A stretch of 64,000 nucleotides of DNA from a virus: the IMG/VR virus record IMGVR_UViG_3300043409_001033, positions 10,193-74,192 of that record; one strand, 5' to 3'. The notes beneath the pieces are model-generated. The model did no database searches. It saw only the letters and a program-made list of their open reading frames with translations, and was not told the origin of the DNA. Within the stretch, counting starts at the first letter, position 1, and every line of letters begins with the position of its first letter. Shown here one piece after another: positions 38,228 through 46,662 of the stretch. A program made the translations under genes and the position numbers.

Positions 38228-39450
38228 GGATTATTATTGATAAATGTTAAATTATCATAAGTTTTTGGAAAGTAATCATTTATACAAATAAATGAAACTA
38301 TATCATTGGGATTTTTAGATATTGTAAATGTTGAATCAGTATTATCTTTTGGAATAACTGTTTGATAATTTACAATTTGTGTAGAATTTGATTCAAAATA
38401 AGTAATTGTGTAGTAACCAGAAATATTTACATCAACTGGTGCTGAATAACGTTTACCAGATTTTAATAAAGAAGCTCTAATATCAAACGTATTTCCAGAT
38501 TCATCGTCTAATTGCGTAACAACAATTTTTACTTGTGAAGAACTTGTATCAACAGTGCATTGTGTAACAGCAACCGTTACATCGGCAAAGGAATCTTCAT
38601 TTTGATTAAATGCTCTTACGGTAATAAATTCTCCCCCAACATAATTAGTTGCTACGCCAGAATTAGTAGGTAAAGTAAACTCTGTTTCGTTTGGTTTTAA
38701 TGTATAATCAGGTGTATCAAAGTTATTACTACAAACAAAATTTTGATTATAGCAATATCTAAATATGGTTGCATTAGAAATATTAAATACTCTTATTTTA
38801 GCATCTGTTTTCCCACAAGTATTTGGTATATATTGAACTTCAAAACTTGGGTTTGGACATGATAAAACAGGAGAAGTATATGTAGCAGTTATAGCATGAT
38901 TAGTAGAATCTCTTGCCGTAAATACATAAGAACCTTCTTTTATATCAAGTTCAAAAAATGAATTTGGTTCAACGTTATCATAATCTCTTACAATTTCATT
39001 AGTGATAGAGTCTTTTATTTGTAACTCTATTTTAGAAGAATTATTTCCTCCAAAACTAACTCGTATTCTACTAAATATAATACCATTTACCTTGATACAT
39101 GACTTTACTACAACCGAAATAGATAGATTTCCTATTGTAGTTGTAGAAGTTGTAGTTCCTTGTGTAGTTGATGTATATGGTAATGTAGTTGGTGGAACGT
39201 ATAGTTTAGTTGTTCTTGAAGTATCAGGAATTATAAATTGTGTTGTTGCTACATTTATTAATGTGTATTCTTTAACAGTTCCGCAATTTAATCTCGTAAC
39301 TTCAATATTGTATATAGGAGAATATTCTTCAAATGAAATAGTAAACGGAAAGGAAACATTTTCATAAATAGTTTTACCTAAATATGAAATGTTATAATTT
39401 CCGCTATTGTTTACCGAATTATTAGAATATGTTAATGTAAAATTATACAA
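38218..39450 (-). CDS. Virion appendage protein; Ig/SprB-like beta domains with a Thr/Pro-rich linker
   Basis: PPTTLPYTSTTQGTTTSTTT; GSYVFTARD Ig-like strand; paired Cys. Confidence 0.6.
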   Translation of the reverse strand: MYNFTLTYSNNSVNNSGNYNISYLGKTIYENVSFPFTISFEEYSPIYNIEVTRLNCGTVKEYTLINVATTQFIIPDTSRTTKLYVPPTTLPYTSTTQGTTTSTTTIGNLSISVVVKSCIKVNGIIFSRIRVSFGGNNSSKIELQIKDSITNEIVRDYDNVEPNSFFELDIKEGSYVFTARDSTNHAITATYTSPVLSCPNPSFEVQYIPNTCGKTDAKIRVFNISNATIFRYCYNQNFVCSNNFDTPDYTLKPNETEFTLPTNSGVATNYVGGEFITVRAFNQNEDSFADVTVAVTQCTVDTSSSQVKIVVTQLDDESGNTFDIRASLLKSGKRYSAPVDVNISGYYTITYFESNSTQIVNYQTVIPKDNTDSTFTISKNPNDIVSFICINDYFPKTYDNLTFINNNPCS

Positions 39451-41395
39451 GATTTTGAATAGTTATTTTTCTCGAAACTTGAACAGAACCATCGCAGTTA
39501 GTAACTGTTAAATAAATATATGGTGTTGGAAATTCGGAGTTATTCCATGTAACATTAGCACTGTTATCTGTTTCTGCACTATTTAATGTTCCACCAACTA
39601 CTTCCCACAAATAGGAAGTTACGGGACTTCCGTTATATGAACCATTTAAGCTATACTCATAAGCAACATCAGAATATACAACAAATGTTCCACTAATTGC
39701 CACATTTGATAAAGGTATACATGGTGCAATCGTTGTTGTAGACGTTGTAGTCGTACTTGTGGTTGAGGTACTTGTAGATGTAGTAGTTGTTGTGCTTGGA
39801 TTACAATTATTTCTATTATCCAACATGATTTGATACAATTTGTTTCTACCTACATCTTTAATGTAAACTTGATAAACTTGTTGTTGATAGTTTGTTCCAA
39901 TTTTATTTAAAGTAATATCAAAACTTGTTCCAGTTACATTTGTAAATGAACCATTATCCAAAGAATATTGATAATTACCAGAACCATTATAAGCGTCAAA
40001 CGTCCATCTAAAAGTTGTGTCTGTACAAGTCATATTGGGAACTGATACATAAAAGCTATCACTATAACTTATTACATTACAAGAAGCATTTTGAGATGCT
40101 CCTATTATTGCTGGTAGTGTTGAATTGGTTATTGCTGTAATATTTCCTGTTACAGAATCTAATGAAAATAATCTTGGGGTAGGTAAAGTCGCTTGAAAAT
40201 ATATTAAAGAATTATATACATATAAACTTCTTAGGTTGTAATAACCACTTAAACCGCTTAAACTATATTTTCTCAAAATTAGATTTGAACCATCGGCTTT
40301 CATTAACCATATTTGAGGTTCATTTCCAATATGAGGGTCATAAATCAATGCTAAAAAACAATTCATTGATTGTACGTATGCTAATTCTTCTAATGAACAA
40401 TATTGAAAAGTATTTGAATTTGGATATGAATAAGATATTCTTGATATAACAGAATTAAACTCATAACCACCCGAAACGGGTGTATATTTTCCAATAGAAT
40501 ATTCACCTGCATAAAAGTTACCAGAGGTATCGTGACATTGACCTCTTGCTATTAAATTAGCTTCTTCGGTAGGGTCAGTTGTTATGGATTGGATACCATA
40601 GGAACCATCTGTTAAATCTAAAGTTTGTAAAACATATTGACTACCACTTTGGATAGCGGAATATAATTTATTACTATATAAAGATATATCAAGACTAATC
40701 CCCCAGTTTGAATAAATAGTGGAATATGTATTATCAACAGGATTGTAGTAATAAACATTTTGATTGTTATTACCAAAAACTCCGCATGGATTATAAGTTG
40801 GAGTTGTAGTTGTGCTACTTGTTGTTAAAGTAGTTGAAGTACTTGTAGTCGTACTTGTGGTTGAAGTAGTAGAACCTCCAGAAGTCGTGGTTGTTAAACA
40901 TGGTATATTTATATTATTTATTTCAGAAATACAACTTTGGTCATTGTAATCTCTTAATTGAATTTTATAATTTGCACACGATAATTTAAAACTAAAATTA
41001 TTTGAACTAATAGGCGTAGTCCAATCTCTAACAACAGTAGTTCCCGATAAGATTTTAATTTGATATAATCTATAAAAAGAACTTTGAATCAAATCTACTA
41101 AAATATATCCTTTTTGTTCATTATAATCATAAGGAAAACTTTCATTATTGACAAAAGTAACAGATGAAAATCCAATATCACATGGATTAGCGGTTGTAGT
41201 AGAAGTCGTACTTGTAGTCGTTTGCTCAGAACAATCTATAATAGTAGAACCACTTGGCAAAGAATTATACGTGATTCTGTTTAAATCAGAACGCATAAAA
41301 TTAAAGCAGTCTATACCAGTCATAGTGTTATCATTACAACGGTAAAACAACGTCTCAGTTCCTTTTTGTACTTTTATAAATTTATGCTTATTCAT
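39443..41395 (-). CDS. Virion appendage/fibre protein with three mucin-like Thr/Ser tracts, a beta-propeller-like middle and SprB/PKD-like domains
   Basis: TTTSTTSTTT, TTTTSGGSTTSTTSTTTSTSTTLTTSSTTTTPT, PSTTTTTSTSTSTTSTTTTSTTT; GSGNYQYSLDNG; SYLWEVVGG...LTVTNCDG. Confidence 0.65.
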   Translation of the reverse strand: MNKHKFIKVQKGTETLFYRCNDNTMTGIDCFNFMRSDLNRITYNSLPSGSTIIDCSEQTTTSTTSTTTANPCDIGFSSVTFVNNESFPYDYNEQKGYILVDLIQSSFYRLYQIKILSGTTVVRDWTTPISSNNFSFKLSCANYKIQLRDYNDQSCISEINNINIPCLTTTTSGGSTTSTTSTTTSTSTTLTTSSTTTTPTYNPCGVFGNNNQNVYYYNPVDNTYSTIYSNWGISLDISLYSNKLYSAIQSGSQYVLQTLDLTDGSYGIQSITTDPTEEANLIARGQCHDTSGNFYAGEYSIGKYTPVSGGYEFNSVISRISYSYPNSNTFQYCSLEELAYVQSMNCFLALIYDPHIGNEPQIWLMKADGSNLILRKYSLSGLSGYYNLRSLYVYNSLIYFQATLPTPRLFSLDSVTGNITAITNSTLPAIIGASQNASCNVISYSDSFYVSVPNMTCTDTTFRWTFDAYNGSGNYQYSLDNGSFTNVTGTSFDITLNKIGTNYQQQVYQVYIKDVGRNKLYQIMLDNRNNCNPSTTTTTSTSTSTTSTTTTSTTTIAPCIPLSNVAISGTFVVYSDVAYEYSLNGSYNGSPVTSYLWEVVGGTLNSAETDNSANVTWNNSEFPTPYIYLTVTNCDGSVQVSRKITIQNLV

Positions 41396-41433
41396 AACAA
41401 ATTAACAATAAATAATTTTAAATAGTTCCATGA

Positions 41434-42039
41434 TTATAAAATATCCCACCCAGTTCCAAAACTTTGTATTGTATATGATGATTTTGGAATACTCGTAGAT
41501 AAATAATTGTAATCATCAATTAATTGAGAACCGCTTGGAATAATATTTACAGAATTTAATGTATTATCTACTTTTTTTATTATGAAAGTTCTTCCTTGAA
41601 CTAAATTTGCATCCATTAATGAAATATTAATAGAACTTCCAGAAGCATTTACTCTAATAGTACCATCGAATTGATTTAATGAATAATTAGAAATAACGGT
41701 TTTTGGAACAGATTCTATTATACTACCAGAAATATTTATAGTAGAACCAGAATTATTTATATAAGATAAATAAACAAATGAACCAGAAAGACTTATACTA
41801 CTAATCGAATTTACAGAATCCTGTAAAATATTATATTCAACATCATCTAACACCTTAATTGGGTTAGAACCACTTCGTTTAAAGTAAAGTGAACCACTAC
41901 CAATAGCCATCAAACCATCCCTTGTTAAATAAGAGTTGGAATCATTTACTGTTAAATAATATGGAATAGCAAAATTAGAAATACTTGAATAGTTATCTCC
42001 AACTAAATCTCCATATATTTTTTGTGAACCACTTGCCAT
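41434..42039 (-). CDS. Tail fibre/appendage-associated protein, SGS-rich
   Basis: Eight SGS motifs; C-terminal DGTIRVNA...GRTFIIKKVD...VNI.P.....ID...Q..G..W.IL module typical of fibre proteins. Confidence 0.6.
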   Translation of the reverse strand: MASGSQKIYGDLVGDNYSSISNFAIPYYLTVNDSNSYLTRDGLMAIGSGSLYFKRSGSNPIKVLDDVEYNILQDSVNSISSISLSGSFVYLSYINNSGSTINISGSIIESVPKTVISNYSLNQFDGTIRVNASGSSINISLMDANLVQGRTFIIKKVDNTLNSVNIIPSGSQLIDDYNYLSTSIPKSSYTIQSFGTGWDIL

Positions 42040-42369
42040 TTAGAATATAATTAGTTTAAATGATATTGAACTTGTAGCATTTACTGTAACACTGTTTGCA
42101 GTTCTATCTATTTTGTTTGGTATAAATATTTCATTTCCACTACCATCTTCACAACGAATACCGTTTATGTATGGTAATAAATGTTCATCTTGTAAAACAG
42201 TAACAGTGCTTACATTTGAACAAGTTTTTATATATCGTTGTTTAAATTCAAAAACAGCAGAAATCAATTCTTTTACTAATGTATTTAATTCACCCCCTCT
42301 TGTTAAGGGATTTCTATTATCGCTTAGTGTATTATCTGTTAATGTTTCTATTTGACTTCTTGATAACAT
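42040..42369 (-). CDS. Small virion protein
   Basis: 109 aa; late promoter at 42383-42391. Confidence 0.55.
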   Translation of the reverse strand: MLSRSQIETLTDNTLSDNRNPLTRGGELNTLVKELISAVFEFKQRYIKTCSNVSTVTVLQDEHLLPYINGIRCEDGSGNEIFIPNKIDRTANSVTVNATSSISFKLIIF

Positions 42370-42381
42370 TATTATTTTTAT

Positions 42382-44961
42382 TTATAAATATGATGTTACA
42401 CAATTATTACCACTTATCAACCATGTTGGTTCTTGTTGTCCATTCAAACAGGCTATTCTTACTTTAGTTGAAATTTTACAAGATTTATTAGATTTTAATC
42501 TTACCCAAACTGTATATAAACCATTTGGTAAATAGTTTGATTGATTATTTTCCGTGTAATACAAATCTACATCTCCGTTGAATGAATATTCTAAACCAGA
42601 AGAATCTTTAGTAAAAGGATTTAAAGCACTTACAATTATAATTCCTCTATTATCATTACTAACACCGCAGACAAAGTTTGTATATGGATATTCTCTAATA
42701 ATAGGATTGCAATTAAAAATAGTTGTAGTAGAAGAAATATTACTTAATGTCAAAGATAATGTTTTATTATCATCTTCATTATTATAACCATTTCCAGCAA
42801 TAGAATTAGGGTCATATTGGTCTACTTCCCATACTTGAGATTTTATTTGTTTAACATCACCGACATTACCATTAAATTTACCTTTAAATCTTATAACAAA
42901 ACTATCTCCGACAATTAATTCATCTTTACTAAACAAATAATAACCATTTTCAAAAGTATAATCATAAGAAGATATACTTGATGTATTGATAATAAAGTTA
43001 TTATCATATTCTAACTTAATAACTAAATTAGTAGCATTACTATTTCCTTTATTTTGAATAACAATTGTAAAATCTAAATCGGTATTAATTAAAGGAGTAG
43101 TTGTACTTGAATAAAATGTTAATTCTAAATCAGATATTTCAATCTCACTATTAATTGTTGTAGATGTAGAAGTACTCGATGGTAAAGTAGTAGTAAAATC
43201 GACCGATGCTAATTGATTGAATGTCAATTGACTACTTAAAGTTTTACAAAAATCCTTTGTTTGATATATTAAAGAACTATTTGTGTATGAATCATCAACA
43301 ATAACCTCTAAATAATTAGAATTTATGTCACTAACAAATTTTACACCTCCATTAAATTGCCAATTAGGAAATTCTTTTAGATAAAAATTAGTGTTAGCAA
43401 AAATTATATAATTATTTTTTGTATTGGTTGGTATTAATTCTAATTCAACTTGAGAATCTACGCAAGTTGGTTCTAAACAGTTACCATTAAATGTAATAGT
43501 CTTAGTTGTTGTTGGACAACAATCACTATAAATAGTAGCAATAACATCTCCTCTACAACCAAATAACATTATACTATCTTTATAGGTAGGAATACCGCTC
43601 ATTTCGCCTGTAAATGCCCATTGAACCGTAGAAATATTACAATGATTGGAAACTACTTTATATTCATTATATATTTGGTTTATTTGACCTAAAGCGTTTA
43701 AATCAACATAATCTTTTATTTTATTAAAAGAATATTCTCCTGTCATAGGGTTCATTTTAAAATGATACTCTACATAGGATTCATTTGTTGTTGATTTTAC
43801 CTTTAAGTTAAAATTATAAGCATTTCTTAGGTATGTATATGGATTTGATAAAGATGTATCAATGATTACTCTACTTGCTAATTCACTTATGGTAAAATAT
43901 GTTAATCCACCATCTTTTGAAAATGAAATATTATAATTTTGGTCGGTATCAAAAATGTAACTATAATTATTTATACCATTGTTTCTTGTAGAAGTTTTTA
44001 TTACATCGGTTAATGATACAAAAATGTTATTACTTGGCAATACTTCTACTTGGTTTGATTTTTTGATTATTTGAAAATCTGCTACTCTACTTAAACAATT
44101 ATTATCTGATAATGTTGGATTTGGTATAGTTAAATCAAAATCACAGTTTTCAATTACGTTTATTTCAATATCTGAAATATTAGAACATATTCCTAATGAA
44201 TCTTTTACTAAATATTGAGCAGTATATGTACCTAAAGAAGAATTTGTAAAAGTTATTGATGAATTATTATTTGTATAAGTAAACCCATCCGATAAATTTA
44301 ATAGTTGTAGTGTAGAACTATCTAAAGTTTGGGAGCAATATGTAATAGCATCAGATAATAAATCTATTATCTTTGTTTCATTTTTTAGAAATGTATATTT
44401 TTTTGGGAAAACTGTTGGTTCAACTGGAAATAAGCAGAAATAATTTTGATTAGTTACTACAACTATGCCTTGTTGATAAAAAATATTACCTACAAGGTCA
44501 TCGGAAATAGTGTCTATTAGATTTCCGTTACCATCATCTTCAATATTGAATGAATCGGAATTTAATTTAAAGAAAGTTGGTTGTATTTCATTACCAAACA
44601 TACTTTGGGGAATGTCTAATACACGAATAACACTTCCAATTTCGGTTGGAAAATCTTTAACTAAGTCTTGATTATGATTATATGAATGAAATGAGGATGA
44701 GTGAATACTCGAACCCGAATATTGTTGATAAAAAAGTCTATTTACATTATCATAAATAGACCTTTGGTAATATCCATTCGTTTTCGGTTCAGTTGGTAGA
44801 TAGAAATTTCCATCAAGCTTCTTTCCAGTATAAATTTTGACATCAGAATCACTACCACTTCCACACACATTTGGTAAGTTGTTGTAATTTAACTTATATT
44901 GTTTGTGTGCTTGATATGGTATTGTATTAACATCGTCAATATTGAGTCGTTTTAATGACAT
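42382..44961 (-). CDS. Virion protein: baseplate-type N-terminal module followed by Ig-like and DUF11-like domains
   Basis: IEDDGNGNL...VGNIFYQQGIVVVT; DLELT...FTIVIQNKGNSNATN...DQYDPNS DUF11-like; Thr/Ser linker TTTLPSSTSTSTT. Confidence 0.65.
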   Translation of the reverse strand: MSLKRLNIDDVNTIPYQAHKQYKLNYNNLPNVCGSGSDSDVKIYTGKKLDGNFYLPTEPKTNGYYQRSIYDNVNRLFYQQYSGSSIHSSSFHSYNHNQDLVKDFPTEIGSVIRVLDIPQSMFGNEIQPTFFKLNSDSFNIEDDGNGNLIDTISDDLVGNIFYQQGIVVVTNQNYFCLFPVEPTVFPKKYTFLKNETKIIDLLSDAITYCSQTLDSSTLQLLNLSDGFTYTNNNSSITFTNSSLGTYTAQYLVKDSLGICSNISDIEINVIENCDFDLTIPNPTLSDNNCLSRVADFQIIKKSNQVEVLPSNNIFVSLTDVIKTSTRNNGINNYSYIFDTDQNYNISFSKDGGLTYFTISELASRVIIDTSLSNPYTYLRNAYNFNLKVKSTTNESYVEYHFKMNPMTGEYSFNKIKDYVDLNALGQINQIYNEYKVVSNHCNISTVQWAFTGEMSGIPTYKDSIMLFGCRGDVIATIYSDCCPTTTKTITFNGNCLEPTCVDSQVELELIPTNTKNNYIIFANTNFYLKEFPNWQFNGGVKFVSDINSNYLEVIVDDSYTNSSLIYQTKDFCKTLSSQLTFNQLASVDFTTTLPSSTSTSTTINSEIEISDLELTFYSSTTTPLINTDLDFTIVIQNKGNSNATNLVIKLEYDNNFIINTSSISSYDYTFENGYYLFSKDELIVGDSFVIRFKGKFNGNVGDVKQIKSQVWEVDQYDPNSIAGNGYNNEDDNKTLSLTLSNISSTTTIFNCNPIIREYPYTNFVCGVSNDNRGIIIVSALNPFTKDSSGLEYSFNGDVDLYYTENNQSNYLPNGLYTVWVRLKSNKSCKISTKVRIACLNGQQEPTWLISGNNCVTSYL

Positions 44962-44964
44962 TTG

Positions 44965-45978
44965 TTACCAACTAAATTTTACTTTAATTATTTTATCTTC
45001 AATAAATGTCTTTTTGAGAGGTTTAGACAACTTAGCCACCCCAACTAATTCCATTTTATCGGTATATACTCCTAATGTAGTCACATAGGTAGTAGGATTA
45101 TCTATGATACTTTGGTCAAATATGTTACCAGAACTATCTAAAATACTTGGATTAGTTGTAAAATTAAAATCAGCATTAGATAATCGACAAAAATAATACT
45201 TACTTGTAACAGTTTCTTCCGAACGAACTTGAAAATATTGACCAGCAGAAATCATATTGAATAATTTTAACTCATTTCTTTGAGTAGCGTTAGTCGGAGT
45301 AGTAGTAATATTCAATCCAATACCTTTATTTGCATAAGATAACGCTAATGCTTTTGGATTTAGTACAAATAATCCTAAATCAGGTAACACTATTCCATAA
45401 GTACCTTGAGTTGTATTGACAATAGATGAACCACTCGCTAATACGCCATTTGAACCAGAAATAATCGTATAATATCTTGTATTACCAATATAATTATTTA
45501 CAATATCAATCTTTGAATCATCTGTTAATGAAAGAATATTAGACCCAGACTTTAGTCTTAAATTAAATCCACCTTGTATTGATTCTCTATAACAATCTCT
45601 TGATAATGAAAGGACGAAAATTTCATCAGAAGAAATTCCACCAGTAGAGTTAAAATTAAATAAATCTGTTTCTGAGTTTAGAATATTTTGTCTGAATGAT
45701 GAATATGATATTTTTGTAAACTTAGTTCCGTCATAAGTTTGATAAGCAGAACCAGAAATATTACCCGAACCAGAAATATTAGCATAAGAAATGCTAAATT
45801 GTGGGGTTGCTAATGGATTTACCGAAATATTGTCTTTATACACATTTACATAAAATCCATTATCTATAACAGGAGTATAAAATGTAGATAAAATTTCAGT
45901 ATCATTTGACCAAGCAGGTTTAACTACTTTTTGAGAATCAAGTGTTGAGTCACTTGGTTGAAATTTAATATATGTCAT
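44965..45978 (-). CDS. Baseplate/virion structural protein
   Basis: YFCR....FNFTTNPS...PTTYVTTLGVY....ELVGVAKLSKPLKK; five SGS motifs. Confidence 0.7.
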   Translation of the reverse strand: MTYIKFQPSDSTLDSQKVVKPAWSNDTEILSTFYTPVIDNGFYVNVYKDNISVNPLATPQFSISYANISGSGNISGSAYQTYDGTKFTKISYSSFRQNILNSETDLFNFNSTGGISSDEIFVLSLSRDCYRESIQGGFNLRLKSGSNILSLTDDSKIDIVNNYIGNTRYYTIISGSNGVLASGSSIVNTTQGTYGIVLPDLGLFVLNPKALALSYANKGIGLNITTTPTNATQRNELKLFNMISAGQYFQVRSEETVTSKYYFCRLSNADFNFTTNPSILDSSGNIFDQSIIDNPTTYVTTLGVYTDKMELVGVAKLSKPLKKTFIEDKIIKVKFSW

Positions 45979-46628
45979 TATTTTTTCTGAATAATTAATG
46001 GAATTGAGATAAACGCACCAGAATCACGACCAGTAATTGTGATTGTTGATACTAACTCAGTTAAATTACTTGTAAATAGTGTATCGGCAGAAGTTGCAGT
46101 TAATGTAAATGAAGTTCCTAATTCAGATTTGGTTACTTTTGCTCCATAAACAGTAGTATCGCTTGATGTAGAAACATCAGTAACACCAACTCCTTTGAAT
46201 GAACTAAGTAATCTAATGTCATTAACCATTACTACATAACCATTTGTTTCAAAAGTTGTATTTGAACCATTATAATTTAAAGTTTGTGGAGTAATAGTAA
46301 TACTTGCACCTTGTTTTAATACAATACTACCAGCACCGATTGTTAAGATAGGAATTTTTGAAGTTCCTTTTGGTAAAGATATTAGTTTTGAAATTAATAC
46401 TTGGTTTTGATTAGGATTAGCTTCCATGATAGGAGTATTTTCGATTGCTTCTCCATAAAAAGCACTTCCTTTAGGATGATTTGGATTCCATAGAGAATAA
46501 TCTATTTCATCGTCACCCAAAGCGAAATATTGAATATTGAAACTGCCATCGTTTTTTGCCAATAATTCTCTTCCCTTTTGAGTAAGTATAGCTTCAACAG
46601 TAAGTAATTGACTATCTAAAAATGCCAT
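45978..46628 (-). CDS. Baseplate/virion structural protein
   Basis: AILTQKGRELLA...FALGDDEIDYSLWNP.HP.GS..YGEAIEN motif. Confidence 0.7.
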   Translation of the reverse strand: MAFLDSQLLTVEAILTQKGRELLAKNDGSFNIQYFALGDDEIDYSLWNPNHPKGSAFYGEAIENTPIMEANPNQNQVLISKLISLPKGTSKIPILTIGAGSIVLKQGASITITPQTLNYNGSNTTFETNGYVVMVNDIRLLSSFKGVGVTDVSTSSDTTVYGAKVTKSELGTSFTLTATSADTLFTSNLTELVSTITITGRDSGAFISIPLIIQKK

Positions 46629-46644
46629 TTGAACCTTTTTTATT

Positions 46645-46653
46645 TATAAATAT
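46645..46653 (-). promoter_or_regulatory. Putative late promoter ATATTTATA
   Basis: Recurrent motif. Confidence 0.65.
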
Positions 46654-46662
46654 GTAAATAAT

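Noticed and set aside
39730-41220. CRISPR-like or tandem DNA repeat array
   Set aside because: The repeats are in-frame Thr/Ser codon runs with no constant repeat-spacer period.
41434-42039. Diversity-generating retroelement targeting fibre genes
   Set aside because: No reverse transcriptase and no template/variable repeat pair differing at adenines were seen in the window.
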